A stretch of DNA of 64,000 nucleotides from an uncultured Bacillota bacterium (GTDB taxonomy: Bacteria; Bacillota_I; Bacilli_A; RFN20; CAG-288). How positions within the stretch are numbered: the first letter of the stretch is position 1; each line of letters opens with the position of its first letter. The stretch is taken from assembly GCA_949299015.1 (NCBI GenBank), contig CASFYT010000002.1, forward strand, positions 50,781 through 114,780, given 5' to 3'. The position numbers and the translations under genes are program-made. This document shows positions 1 to 7,784 of the stretch, in pieces. The notes under the pieces are model-generated. The model made no database searches, was not told the origin of the DNA, and worked only from the letters and a program-made list of their open reading frames with translations.

Positions 1-1
1 G

Positions 2-160
2 CAGGTCATCAAGACCCGGATGGAGCACGAGGACTTCAACTATCGCGAGATGGCGGAATTCCTGACGAAGGAAGGCTTCCCCATCACGAAATCGGGCGTG
101 GTCCATGTCATCGCTTCCCTGCGGGAGGAGATCGCCGAGCTTCGGAAGCGGAAAGGCTGA
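2..160 (+). CDS. 3' end of an upstream gene (last 52 codons, ...REEIAELRKRKG*); product unknown, possibly a helix-turn-helix-containing C-terminus
   Basis: Frame 2 is open from the window edge to a TGA at 158-160. It is followed by a 160-bp AT-rich spacer carrying the gap promoter. Confidence 0.4.
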   Translation, partial: QVIKTRMEHEDFNYREMAEFLTKEGFPITKSGVVHVIASLREEIAELRKRKG

Positions 161-268
161 TGCGCATTTCTCGCCCGTTTCCCCGTCCGTCGAAAGTCAA
201 AAGAACGGACAAAAGCCAAAAAATCGGAGAGAAACCGCTATTTCAACAAAAAACAGAATAATATGGGT

Positions 269-296
269 TTGATTTTCAAAAATGACAGGCTATAAT
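269..296 (+). promoter_or_regulatory. Sigma-A-type promoter of the gap-pgk-tpi operon (-35 TTGATT 269-274, -10 TATAAT 291-296, 16-nt spacer)
   Basis: Hexamers read directly from the sequence. A strong RBS AGGAGGA lies at 308-314, 8 nt before the gap ATG. Confidence 0.5.
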
Positions 297-321
297 ACAT
301 GCGTAACTAGGAGGACATAGA

Positions 322-1356
322 ATGTCTATTAAAGTTGCGATCAATGGATTCGGCCGTATCGGACGTCTCGCCTTCAGGAGAGCTTGGACTGATCCTGATT
401 TCGAGATCGTCGCCATCAACGATCTCTCCTCGACTGCCAACCTTGCCTACCTGCTGAAGTACGATTCCGCCCATGGAACCTTCCCCCACGAAGTCAGCCA
501 CGACGACGAGAACATCATCGTCGACGGAAAGAAGGTCCACGTCTACAAGATCAAGACCCCTTCCGATGACTGCCTCTTCCCCTGGAAGGAACTCGGCGTC
601 GACATCGTCCTGGAGTGCACGGGCCACTACCTGACCCAGGAAACCGCCCAGTGGCACATCAAGAGCGGTGCCAAGGGATTGGTTATGTCCGCTCCGGCCA
701 AGGACGCGACTCCGACCTATGCCTATGGCGTCAATACCGACAAGCTCACGGCCGAGACCAAGATCATCTCCGGTGCGTCCTGCACCACCAACTGCCTCGG
801 ACCTGTCCTGAAGGTCGTCGAGGACAAGTGGGGCATCGACTGCGGCTTCATGACCACGGTCCACGCCTACACCAACGACCAGACCAACCTCGACCTCATC
901 AAGGAAAAGGATTTCCGCAGAGGCCGTGCGGCGGCTCAGAACATCGTTCCGACCTCCACGGGCGCTGCCAAGGCCATCAACCTTGTCATTCCTTCCCTCA
1001 AGGGTAGGATGCAGGGTGGTGCCATCCGCGTCCCGGTCCTCGACGGTTCCTTGATCGACGTCACCCTGCACCTCAAGAAGGAAGTCAAGGATGCGGCGGA
1101 GATCAACGCGGCCATGAAGGAAGCCTCCGAGACCTATCTCAAGGGCGTCCTCGGCTACACCGACGATCCGATCGTCAGCCGCGACATCCTCGGCAGAACC
1201 GAAGGCGGCATCTACAACGGCGACCAGACCAAGGTCTTCAATTCGCCCGAGGGAACGCAGCTCGTCAAGGTCTTCGCCTGGTACGACAACGAATACTCCT
1301 ACACCTGCCAGTACGTCCGCCTTGCCAAGCTCTTCGCTCAGAAGCTCGCTGCCTAA
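322..1356 (+). CDS. gap: Glyceraldehyde-3-phosphate dehydrogenase, type I
   Basis: 344 aa. The N-terminal NGFGRIGR Rossmann motif and the active-site SCTTNCL motif are present. It is followed by pgk and tpi. Confidence 0.96.
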   Translation: MSIKVAINGFGRIGRLAFRRAWTDPDFEIVAINDLSSTANLAYLLKYDSAHGTFPHEVSHDDENIIVDGKKVHVYKIKTPSDDCLFPWKELGVDIVLECTGHYLTQETAQWHIKSGAKGLVMSAPAKDATPTYAYGVNTDKLTAETKIISGASCTTNCLGPVLKVVEDKWGIDCGFMTTVHAYTNDQTNLDLIKEKDFRRGRAAAQNIVPTSTGAAKAINLVIPSLKGRMQGGAIRVPVLDGSLIDVTLHLKKEVKDAAEINAAMKEASETYLKGVLGYTDDPIVSRDILGRTEGGIYNGDQTKVFNSPEGTQLVKVFAWYDNEYSYTCQYVRLAKLFAQKLAA

Positions 1357-1434
1357 TCCATCAGTCGCAATCTCATGGCGGTAGGGCTTGGCCCTGCCGC
1401 CATTTGTCTCGAAAGAAAAACGGAGGTTAATTTC

Positions 1435-2673
1435 ATGAAGAAGCTTGTTTCCGATTTGAACGTCCAGGGCAAGCGCGTCCTTGTCCGCGTCGACTTCAAC
1501 GTCCCCCACAAGGGAGAGACGGTCACCGACGACAACCGCGTCCGTGCCGCCATCCCGACCATCGCCGACCTGCTTCGCAAGGGAGCGAAGGTCATCCTGA
1601 TGTCCCACCTTGGCAAGATCAAGTGGGGCAAGGTCGACGATGCCGAGATCGAGAACGAAAAGAAGAAGAACGACCTGAAGATCGTCCTTCCGGCCCTCAA
1701 GGCCCATCTTGCCGAAGCCCTCGGCAAGGAAGTGAAGGTCACCTTCTCCGAGGACACGAGGGGAGAGGGACTCAAGGCGGCGGTCGCCGGACTGGCGGAC
1801 GGAGAGGTCCTGCTCGTCCAGAACACCCGTTATGAGAAGGGCGAGACGAAGAACAACGAAGAGCTCTCCACGGAATGGGCTTCCCTGGCGGATGCCTACG
1901 TCATGGATGCCTTCGGTTCCGCTCACCGCGCGCACTCCTCCACGGTCGGCGTTCCGACGATCCTCGCCAAGGAAGGCAAGGAGACGGCGGTCGGCTACCT
2001 CGTCGAGAAGGAGATCAAGAACCTCGGACGTTGCGTCGAGTGCCCCGAGGACGGCCGTCCCTACGTCGCCATCCTGGGCGGATCGAAGGTTTCCGACAAG
2101 ATCCAGGTCATCGATTCCCTGCTGAAGAAGGTCGACAAGATCCTCATCGGCGGCGGCATGGCCTACACCTTCCTGGCGGCCCAGGGCCACAAGATCGGCA
2201 CCTCCCTCTTTGAGGCGGATCAGGTCGACTATGCCAAGAAGTGCCTTGCGACGGGCAAGGTCCTCGTCCCGGTCGACAACGTCGTCGCCAACAGCTTCGA
2301 CAACCCGACCGAGATCCAGAACGTCGGCGACGAGATCCCCGATGGATTCATGGGCCTCGACATCGGCCCCAAGACGGCCAAGCTCTTCGGCGACGAGATC
2401 CTCGCGGCCAAGACCATCTTCTGGAACGGCCCGATGGGTGTCTTCGAGAACGAGAAGTTCGCTGAGGGAACCAAGGCGGTCTGCGCCGCTTGCGCGGAAG
2501 CGACCAAGAAGGGCGCCTTCTCGGCGATCGGCGGCGGCGACTCGGCCTCGGCGGCCAAGCAGTTCGGCTATGCCAAGGACTTCAGCCACGTTTCCACCGG
2601 CGGCGGTGCCTCCCTTGAACTGATCCAGTTCGACGGCCATCTGCCGGGCATCGACGACATCGAAGAAAAATAA
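1435..2673 (+). CDS. pgk: Phosphoglycerate kinase
   Basis: The MKKLVSDLNVQGKRVLVRVDFNVP N-terminus is typical of PGK. The RBS ACGGAGG lies 8 nt upstream of the ATG at 1435, so the longer track ORF starting at 1375 is an upstream read-through. The TAA stop abuts the tpi ATG. Confidence 0.93.
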   Translation: MKKLVSDLNVQGKRVLVRVDFNVPHKGETVTDDNRVRAAIPTIADLLRKGAKVILMSHLGKIKWGKVDDAEIENEKKKNDLKIVLPALKAHLAEALGKEVKVTFSEDTRGEGLKAAVAGLADGEVLLVQNTRYEKGETKNNEELSTEWASLADAYVMDAFGSAHRAHSSTVGVPTILAKEGKETAVGYLVEKEIKNLGRCVECPEDGRPYVAILGGSKVSDKIQVIDSLLKKVDKILIGGGMAYTFLAAQGHKIGTSLFEADQVDYAKKCLATGKVLVPVDNVVANSFDNPTEIQNVGDEIPDGFMGLDIGPKTAKLFGDEILAAKTIFWNGPMGVFENEKFAEGTKAVCAACAEATKKGAFSAIGGGDSASAAKQFGYAKDFSHVSTGGGASLELIQFDGHLPGIDDIEEK

Positions 2674-2676
2674 GCC

Positions 2677-3441
2677 ATGACCCGCAAAATCTTGTTGATG
2701 GGCAACTGGAAGATGAACCACACCATCGAAGAAGCCATCGACTTCTGCGAAAAGGTGAAGGAGGAAGGACTCGTCCGGACCGGAAAGAGCCGCGGCGTCC
2801 TCCTCGGCGTTGCCCCGAGCTTCCTCTCCCTCCAACAGGTCAAGAGACATTCCCACGGCCTCATCGTCGCGGCGCAGGACTGCCACTACGAGGACCATGG
2901 CGCCTATACGTCCAGCGTCTCGATTCCGATGCTGGAAGAAGTCGGCGTCAACTGGTCCATCATCGGCCACTCCGAGCGTCGGACCTACGACAACGAGACG
3001 TCCTTCGTCTGCAACCGGAAGATCAAGGCCTTGGTGGAGCACAACTTCCACGTCGTCTACTGCGTCGGCGAGACCCTCAAGGAATACGAGGCCGGCCTGA
3101 CCAAGGACATCGTCAAGGAGCAGATCCTTACGGGATTGATGAACGTGACCAAGGACACCATCTCCAAGGTCGTCATCGCCTATGAACCGGTCTGGTCCAT
3201 CGGCACCGGCAAGAACGCCTCGGTGGAGATCGCCGAGGACATCTGCCGCTACATCCGCTCCCTGATCGAAGGAATGTTCGGCAAGGTGGCGGCCGGCAAG
3301 ATCCTCATCCTCTACGGAGGATCGGTCAAGCCCAACAACATCCGGGAATACATCTCCCAGGAAGACGTCGACGGCGCGCTCGTCGGCGGAGCCTCCCTTA
3401 AGAGCGATTCCTTCAAGGAACTCCTTGTCAACTGCCTCTGA
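2677..3441 (+). CDS. tpiA: Triosephosphate isomerase
   Basis: 254 aa. The conserved motifs MGNWKMN, IGHSERR, AYEPVWSIGTG and GGASLK are all present. Confidence 0.95.
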   Translation: MTRKILLMGNWKMNHTIEEAIDFCEKVKEEGLVRTGKSRGVLLGVAPSFLSLQQVKRHSHGLIVAAQDCHYEDHGAYTSSVSIPMLEEVGVNWSIIGHSERRTYDNETSFVCNRKIKALVEHNFHVVYCVGETLKEYEAGLTKDIVKEQILTGLMNVTKDTISKVVIAYEPVWSIGTGKNASVEIAEDICRYIRSLIEGMFGKVAAGKILILYGGSVKPNNIREYISQEDVDGALVGGASLKSDSFKELLVNCL

Positions 3442-3448
3442 TCGATGA

Positions 3449-3476
3449 CTGCGGCCTTCGGGCCGCAGTTTTTTTC
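3449..3476 (+). terminator. Rho-independent terminator after tpiA (CTGCGGCC-TTCG-GGCCGCAG followed by T7)
   Basis: A perfect 8-bp GC stem with a tetraloop and a U-tract, read directly from the sequence. Confidence 0.8.
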
Positions 3477-3608
3477 TTTCGGACGATCTTCCGGACGTCT
3501 CCTCCAAAGGAAGCATGAGACGGAAGATTCAACCGAGGAGAGAGCCCTTTCTGAACAAAAATCCCTGCCGAGAATCGACTCGGCAGGGAGCAACTTCGAT
3601 GAAGAGAA

Positions 3609-6600
3609 CTATTTTGTCAATTCTGTTTCGCCATAGGACGAGTCCATGTAGAGTTCATAGGCGCCTTCGTCTTCGAAGACGACCCCGATGCGATCGGCAG
3701 AGTAGTAATAGACGTTGAGCGGATAACCGTACTCATCGTCTTCGAAGTAATAGTAGGAGCCCTCCGCATGGGTGAAGGTGAAGTGAATGGTCACCTCCGT
3801 GCCCGACAAGTCGATAGTGGACAGCACGGCAGTGCCATCGGCATTGATCGTGAGCTCCGTAGGAGATCCCGTGATTCCGTTCTCGCCGCTGAACGTTCCC
3901 GTGTATTCGTAGGGAATCACGTTCGTGCCCTGCGTGATGTTCAGGACGATCGTGGCAGAGACGCCGCTGCCATCGGTTGCCGTCGCCGTGATGGTGACTT
4001 CTCCAGCGCCGACTGCCGTGACCAAGCCGCCGGAGCTAACCCATGCGATATCCTCGTCGGAGGACTGGAAGGTGACGTTCTTGAAGGTGGCGTCCTCAGG
4101 CTCGTAGGCGACCTCCAGCTGGACCGTTTCGCCGACGAAGAGGTCTGTCTTCTCGGCAGTCAGGGTGATCTTCTCGACCTTCGTCGGTTCGTTCACGACG
4201 ATCGTGACCTGGCCAACGATGCCATCTTCGTTTTCGGCCTTGATGACGGCAGTACCGGATTGAAGCGTCGTAAACGTTCCATATTCCGTATCGAGATCGA
4301 TGATGTCTGTATTTTCCGTTGAGTAGATTAAGGATGTGGCGGTCGCATCGCTCGGAACGAAGGTGGCACGGACGTAGCCCATGTCTCCGACGATGTATTC
4401 CTCCTTGTCGGCTTCCAGGACGATGCCGGTCGCGGGGATGTAGCGGGAAAGTCCGTCATGCGTTCCGTATTCGTTGATGGTGTAGGAGCCGAAGACGGCA
4501 GTGACTTCCAGGATGTCGTCGCTTTGATAGGAAAGGTCGCAGGCGGCGTTGTTTCCTTCTCCGTCTCCGAAGAGAGCGTTGCCGTCCTCGTCGTTGTCGA
4601 GGTAGTGGAGCGTGAAGATCTCCTCCGCCACGGTGATGGTGAGCGTGCCGTCCGCCTGGATGGTGAACGTGACTTCATCCAAGGAGGCATCGGGATAGCC
4701 GGTATAGGTTCCGACGAGGGCCGGATCCATGACGGCCTTGGGCTGGATCTCGATGGTGATCGTGTTGGAGACGACCGTTCCCGTGACGTCGGTCGCGTGG
4801 ATGTCGACGACGCCTTCCGCAAGGGCCGTCACCGTCCCTTCTCCGTCGACCGTCGCGACGGTCGGGTCGGAGGAGACGTAGGTCAGGGTCTTGTCGGTGG
4901 CGTTGGAGGGGGCGATTTCGGCGAAGAGCCTTCCCGTTTCACCGACGCGGAGGATTTCCGGTCCGGAAAGGACGATGCTCTCGACGGGGACTTCCGTGAC
5001 CTCTTCGTGGTCGTGGCAGTTCTCGTCCTTCATGAAGGCGATGCTGTCGAAGGCGAAGCTGAAGGCCTTGCCGATGAAGTTGCTGCTGATGGCGATGCGG
5101 ACCTTGCTGGCGGGCGCGAAGGACTTTTCCAGGAGCTTCTTGTTGTCGGCGGAGATGTTCGCCTTGACCTCCTCGGTGATGTCCAGGCTCTCCCAGCTCG
5201 TCCCGTCGTTCGAGGTCTCGATGGCGATCTTGGTGACGTAGTCGATGCCTTCGAAGCCGCTGGAGTAGTACATCGCATAGTAGAAGGACAGGGAGGAGAC
5301 CTGCTGGTCGTCGAAGTCGAACTGGACGTAGCTGTCTCCCGTCTCAAGGCCTTGCTCGTTGGGGTTTAGGACGATGGCGGCATTGTCGCCGAAGACGTCG
5401 GAATAGCCTTGGCGCAGGGTCGCCTTGTTCGAGGTCGCCTCGAAGGGAAGGGCGTTGTCGACCTGGTTGGTCAGGCTGACGTTTCCCGTCTCTTCGTTGA
5501 TGTGGTCGAACGTGAAGTGATAGATGGCGTCGTCGATGTCCTGTTCGGCAAGAGGCTTGACCTTGATGGTGATGGCGTTGGAACGGACGCCGGTATCTTC
5601 TCCGTCCGGGCCTTCCGCGACGGCGTAGATCGTCGTTTCTCCGGCCTTCAGACCCGTCACCTCGACGACGTTGGGCGTGAAGGAATAGTCGACGCGGCAG
5701 ATGGTCGGATCTTCCACGTGCCAGGTCAGGGTGTTTCTGTCCGCGGTCTCCGGAAGTTTCTGATAGGCGATCTGGACGGTCTCCTCGATGTCGATAAGGA
5801 CCTTGTCACCTTCCGTCTCGTATTCTCCCGTCGGAGAGAGGTTCACCTCTTCCAGGTACGTATGCTCGACGGGACCGTCATAGCCCTTGTATTCCCAGTA
5901 CTCCATGACGTTGTCTTCGTTGGGAGGCGTCGGCAGCATCTCGTCGGGGAAGGTCGTCTCCTGGAAGGCGCCCAGTCGAATCTGGACGTACTCGTCGTCG
6001 TTGTCCTCTTCTTCCAGGCCCAGAATCCGGGTGATGTATCCCGTCTCCTGGTCGACGTCGATGGCGACGTACTGGACGTCGTTGTACCAGGCGAATTCGA
6101 AGACGGTGTCGTTCAGGTGCGCGACAATGGTCGGATCGGAGATGATGTAGGAGCCGGCGACGTAGGTGGCGTCGGCCGGATCGATCTCGGAGAAGACGCG
6201 CGCCAGGTTGAAGTAGGCGTTCCCCAGCGAGAGGTCCGCGTCCTCGTATCCCTTGTTGAGCCAGGCTTCGACGGGATTCGGGTTCTCGGGATCGGGAGCG
6301 AAGTACATGTAGTTGAGGCCTTCGTAGTCGTGGTAGAAGAGATAGGGGTCGGCTCCCATCTCGGCGGCCAAGGCGTCATAGACGATGGTATAGCCGTTGT
6401 AGACGTAGAGCGTGTTCACTTCCTCCGAATTCCCGCCGTCGTAGACCTGTTCCGTCTCGATGGTCAGGTTGCTGTAGTCCATCTGGAAGGCGTCTTCCAA
6501 GGTCTTCCGTTCCGGCTCCGGATCGGGTGTGGACGAGCTCGACGAGGAAGAAGAACTGGAACTCGAGGACGAGGAACTGGAGCTGTTCGAGGGCGGAAGG

Positions 6601-6707
6601 GTGGTCGAGCCCGTCGAGGAAGTCGACGAGCTTGTCGTGGTATCGCAGGCGACGAGCGCAGCGACGATGGCAACAAGGGAGAGCGGAAGGAGGATTTTCT
6701 TTTTCAT
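3609..6707 (-). CDS. Large surface lipoprotein (about 1032 aa) with a Ser-rich linker, several Big_2 (bacterial Ig-like group 2) repeats and an F5/8-type-C/discoidin-like module
   Basis: Signal peptide plus lipobox LVAC, then an S/T-rich tract containing 20 consecutive Ser. Repeated ...VSSDPTVATVDGEGTVTAL... segments match the Big_2 pattern. The preferred start is the ATG at 6707 (AAAGGA 9 nt upstream); the track's ATG at 6716 is the alternative. Confidence 0.8.
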   Translation of the reverse strand: MKKKILLPLSLVAIVAALVACDTTTSSSTSSTGSTTLPPSNSSSSSSSSSSSSSSSSSSTPDPEPERKTLEDAFQMDYSNLTIETEQVYDGGNSEEVNTLYVYNGYTIVYDALAAEMGADPYLFYHDYEGLNYMYFAPDPENPNPVEAWLNKGYEDADLSLGNAYFNLARVFSEIDPADATYVAGSYIISDPTIVAHLNDTVFEFAWYNDVQYVAIDVDQETGYITRILGLEEEDNDDEYVQIRLGAFQETTFPDEMLPTPPNEDNVMEYWEYKGYDGPVEHTYLEEVNLSPTGEYETEGDKVLIDIEETVQIAYQKLPETADRNTLTWHVEDPTICRVDYSFTPNVVEVTGLKAGETTIYAVAEGPDGEDTGVRSNAITIKVKPLAEQDIDDAIYHFTFDHINEETGNVSLTNQVDNALPFEATSNKATLRQGYSDVFGDNAAIVLNPNEQGLETGDSYVQFDFDDQQVSSLSFYYAMYYSSGFEGIDYVTKIAIETSNDGTSWESLDITEEVKANISADNKKLLEKSFAPASKVRIAISSNFIGKAFSFAFDSIAFMKDENCHDHEEVTEVPVESIVLSGPEILRVGETGRLFAEIAPSNATDKTLTYVSSDPTVATVDGEGTVTALAEGVVDIHATDVTGTVVSNTITIEIQPKAVMDPALVGTYTGYPDASLDEVTFTIQADGTLTITVAEEIFTLHYLDNDEDGNALFGDGEGNNAACDLSYQSDDILEVTAVFGSYTINEYGTHDGLSRYIPATGIVLEADKEEYIVGDMGYVRATFVPSDATATSLIYSTENTDIIDLDTEYGTFTTLQSGTAVIKAENEDGIVGQVTIVVNEPTKVEKITLTAEKTDLFVGETVQLEVAYEPEDATFKNVTFQSSDEDIAWVSSGGLVTAVGAGEVTITATATDGSGVSATIVLNITQGTNVIPYEYTGTFSGENGITGSPTELTINADGTAVLSTIDLSGTEVTIHFTFTHAEGSYYYFEDDEYGYPLNVYYYSADRIGVVFEDEGAYELYMDSSYGETELTK

Positions 6708-6722
6708 GGTATTCATTCCTTT

Positions 6723-7520
6723 CTATGGCTGTATCGGATAGGCCTGGAGGTAGAAATAGTCGTTCTCGGTGTCGAAGGTGTAGACGATCTCGACGTCGTC
6801 CTTGTCTGCGACGTAATAGTAGTAGACTTGCTCGACATAATAGTCCTTGGCCAGGAGCGTCTCGGTGTACGTCGAGACGACGCTGCTGTTCACGCCGTAG
6901 CAGGCGATGAGGATGGCCGAGGTCTCGGTCGTCAATGCCTGAATCTGGTATTGGAAGTAGGGAGCGTCGACAGGAGGGATGTCCTTTCCCAGGACGGATC
7001 GGACGGCTTCGCCGGGCCAGCTTGTCAGCTTGTCCTGGTAGAGATAGGTGTAGAGGACGAAGTCTTGATCCTCGACTCCGGCCTGAACGACCAGGATCTG
7101 ATAGTCGGAGACTCTCTTCTGGGCGATCTTGATGCCTCCGTCGTCGACGAGGGCGAAGTCCTGGAGGCGAAGGACGACGGCGTAGTCACGAAGGACATCC
7201 TCGGGATCCCTTCCCTCGAGATACGGTACGATTCTCAGGGTCGGGAAGCCTTGCTGCTCGAAGACGTCCAGCTGGTAGGAGGGAGCGTCGTAGCGGGGGA
7301 AGAGGGAGGCGTACTCTCCCAGGACCTCCTTCAGTCCCTCCTCGAGGGGATCTCCTTCGTCAAGGCTGGACGAGGTCGGAGACGACGGGATCGTCGTGGG
7401 CGAGGTCGAAGAGGTTTCGAGAGAGGAGGAAGGGGGACTGGTCGACGAGGAAGGGGCGGTGCAACGGCTGAAGAGAGGGAGGACGAAAAACAAGAAAAAA
7501 GGCCAATTTCTCTTTGGCAT
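6723..7520 (-). CDS. Secreted or lipoprotein-like protein (266 aa) with an S/T/P-rich linker and a Tyr-rich C-terminal domain
   Basis: N-terminus MPKRNWPFFLFFVLPLFSRC, then an S/T/P-rich spacer. It ends 6 bp upstream of the large lipoprotein gene, so the two are likely co-transcribed. The start was chosen for signal-peptide logic; the TTG at 7637 is an alternative. Confidence 0.6.
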   Translation of the reverse strand: MPKRNWPFFLFFVLPLFSRCTAPSSSTSPPSSSLETSSTSPTTIPSSPTSSSLDEGDPLEEGLKEVLGEYASLFPRYDAPSYQLDVFEQQGFPTLRIVPYLEGRDPEDVLRDYAVVLRLQDFALVDDGGIKIAQKRVSDYQILVVQAGVEDQDFVLYTYLYQDKLTSWPGEAVRSVLGKDIPPVDAPYFQYQIQALTTETSAILIACYGVNSSVVSTYTETLLAKDYYVEQVYYYYVADKDDVEIVYTFDTENDYFYLQAYPIQP

Positions 7521-7784
7521 AGCGGTGCTCGACTTTCTAGGAAGAGGACTTCCTTGGATGACTGGCCCTATCATTGCAGAAAGCACGGAAAAAGGCAAGG
7601 GCAGGAAGAAGGAAAACGAGGGACAGATATACTGCAAGCGCTTACATAATGAAGGAGAAAACCATTTTCCGATTTTTTAGGAAGAGAAAACGAACTCATG
7701 GAACAAGTTGAGGAAGCGCTTGCAACGCCGATTTCAATGCGATTTTCGATTCTTTCCGAAAGAACAGAGAAGAGGGGGACTGTC

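Noticed and set aside
1375-1434. Longer pgk start (MAVGLGPAAICLERKTEVNF...) given by the ORF track
   Set aside because: There is no RBS. The ATG at 1435 has ACGGAGG at ideal spacing, and the PGK N-terminus aligns from MKKLVSDLN.
307-3516. 1069-aa ORF antisense to gap-pgk-tpi
   Set aside because: The sense strand encodes three unmistakable glycolytic enzymes with RBSs. The antisense translation is low-complexity (D/G/L/R/V-rich) with no start context. Long stop-free antisense frames are expected in GC-rich coding DNA.
6529-6600. Poly-Ser coding tract as a possible simple-sequence repeat or phase-variation site
   Set aside because: The 20 Ser are encoded by mixed codons (TCC/AGC/AGT/TCG/TCT) without a repeating DNA unit, so slipped-strand variation is unlikely.
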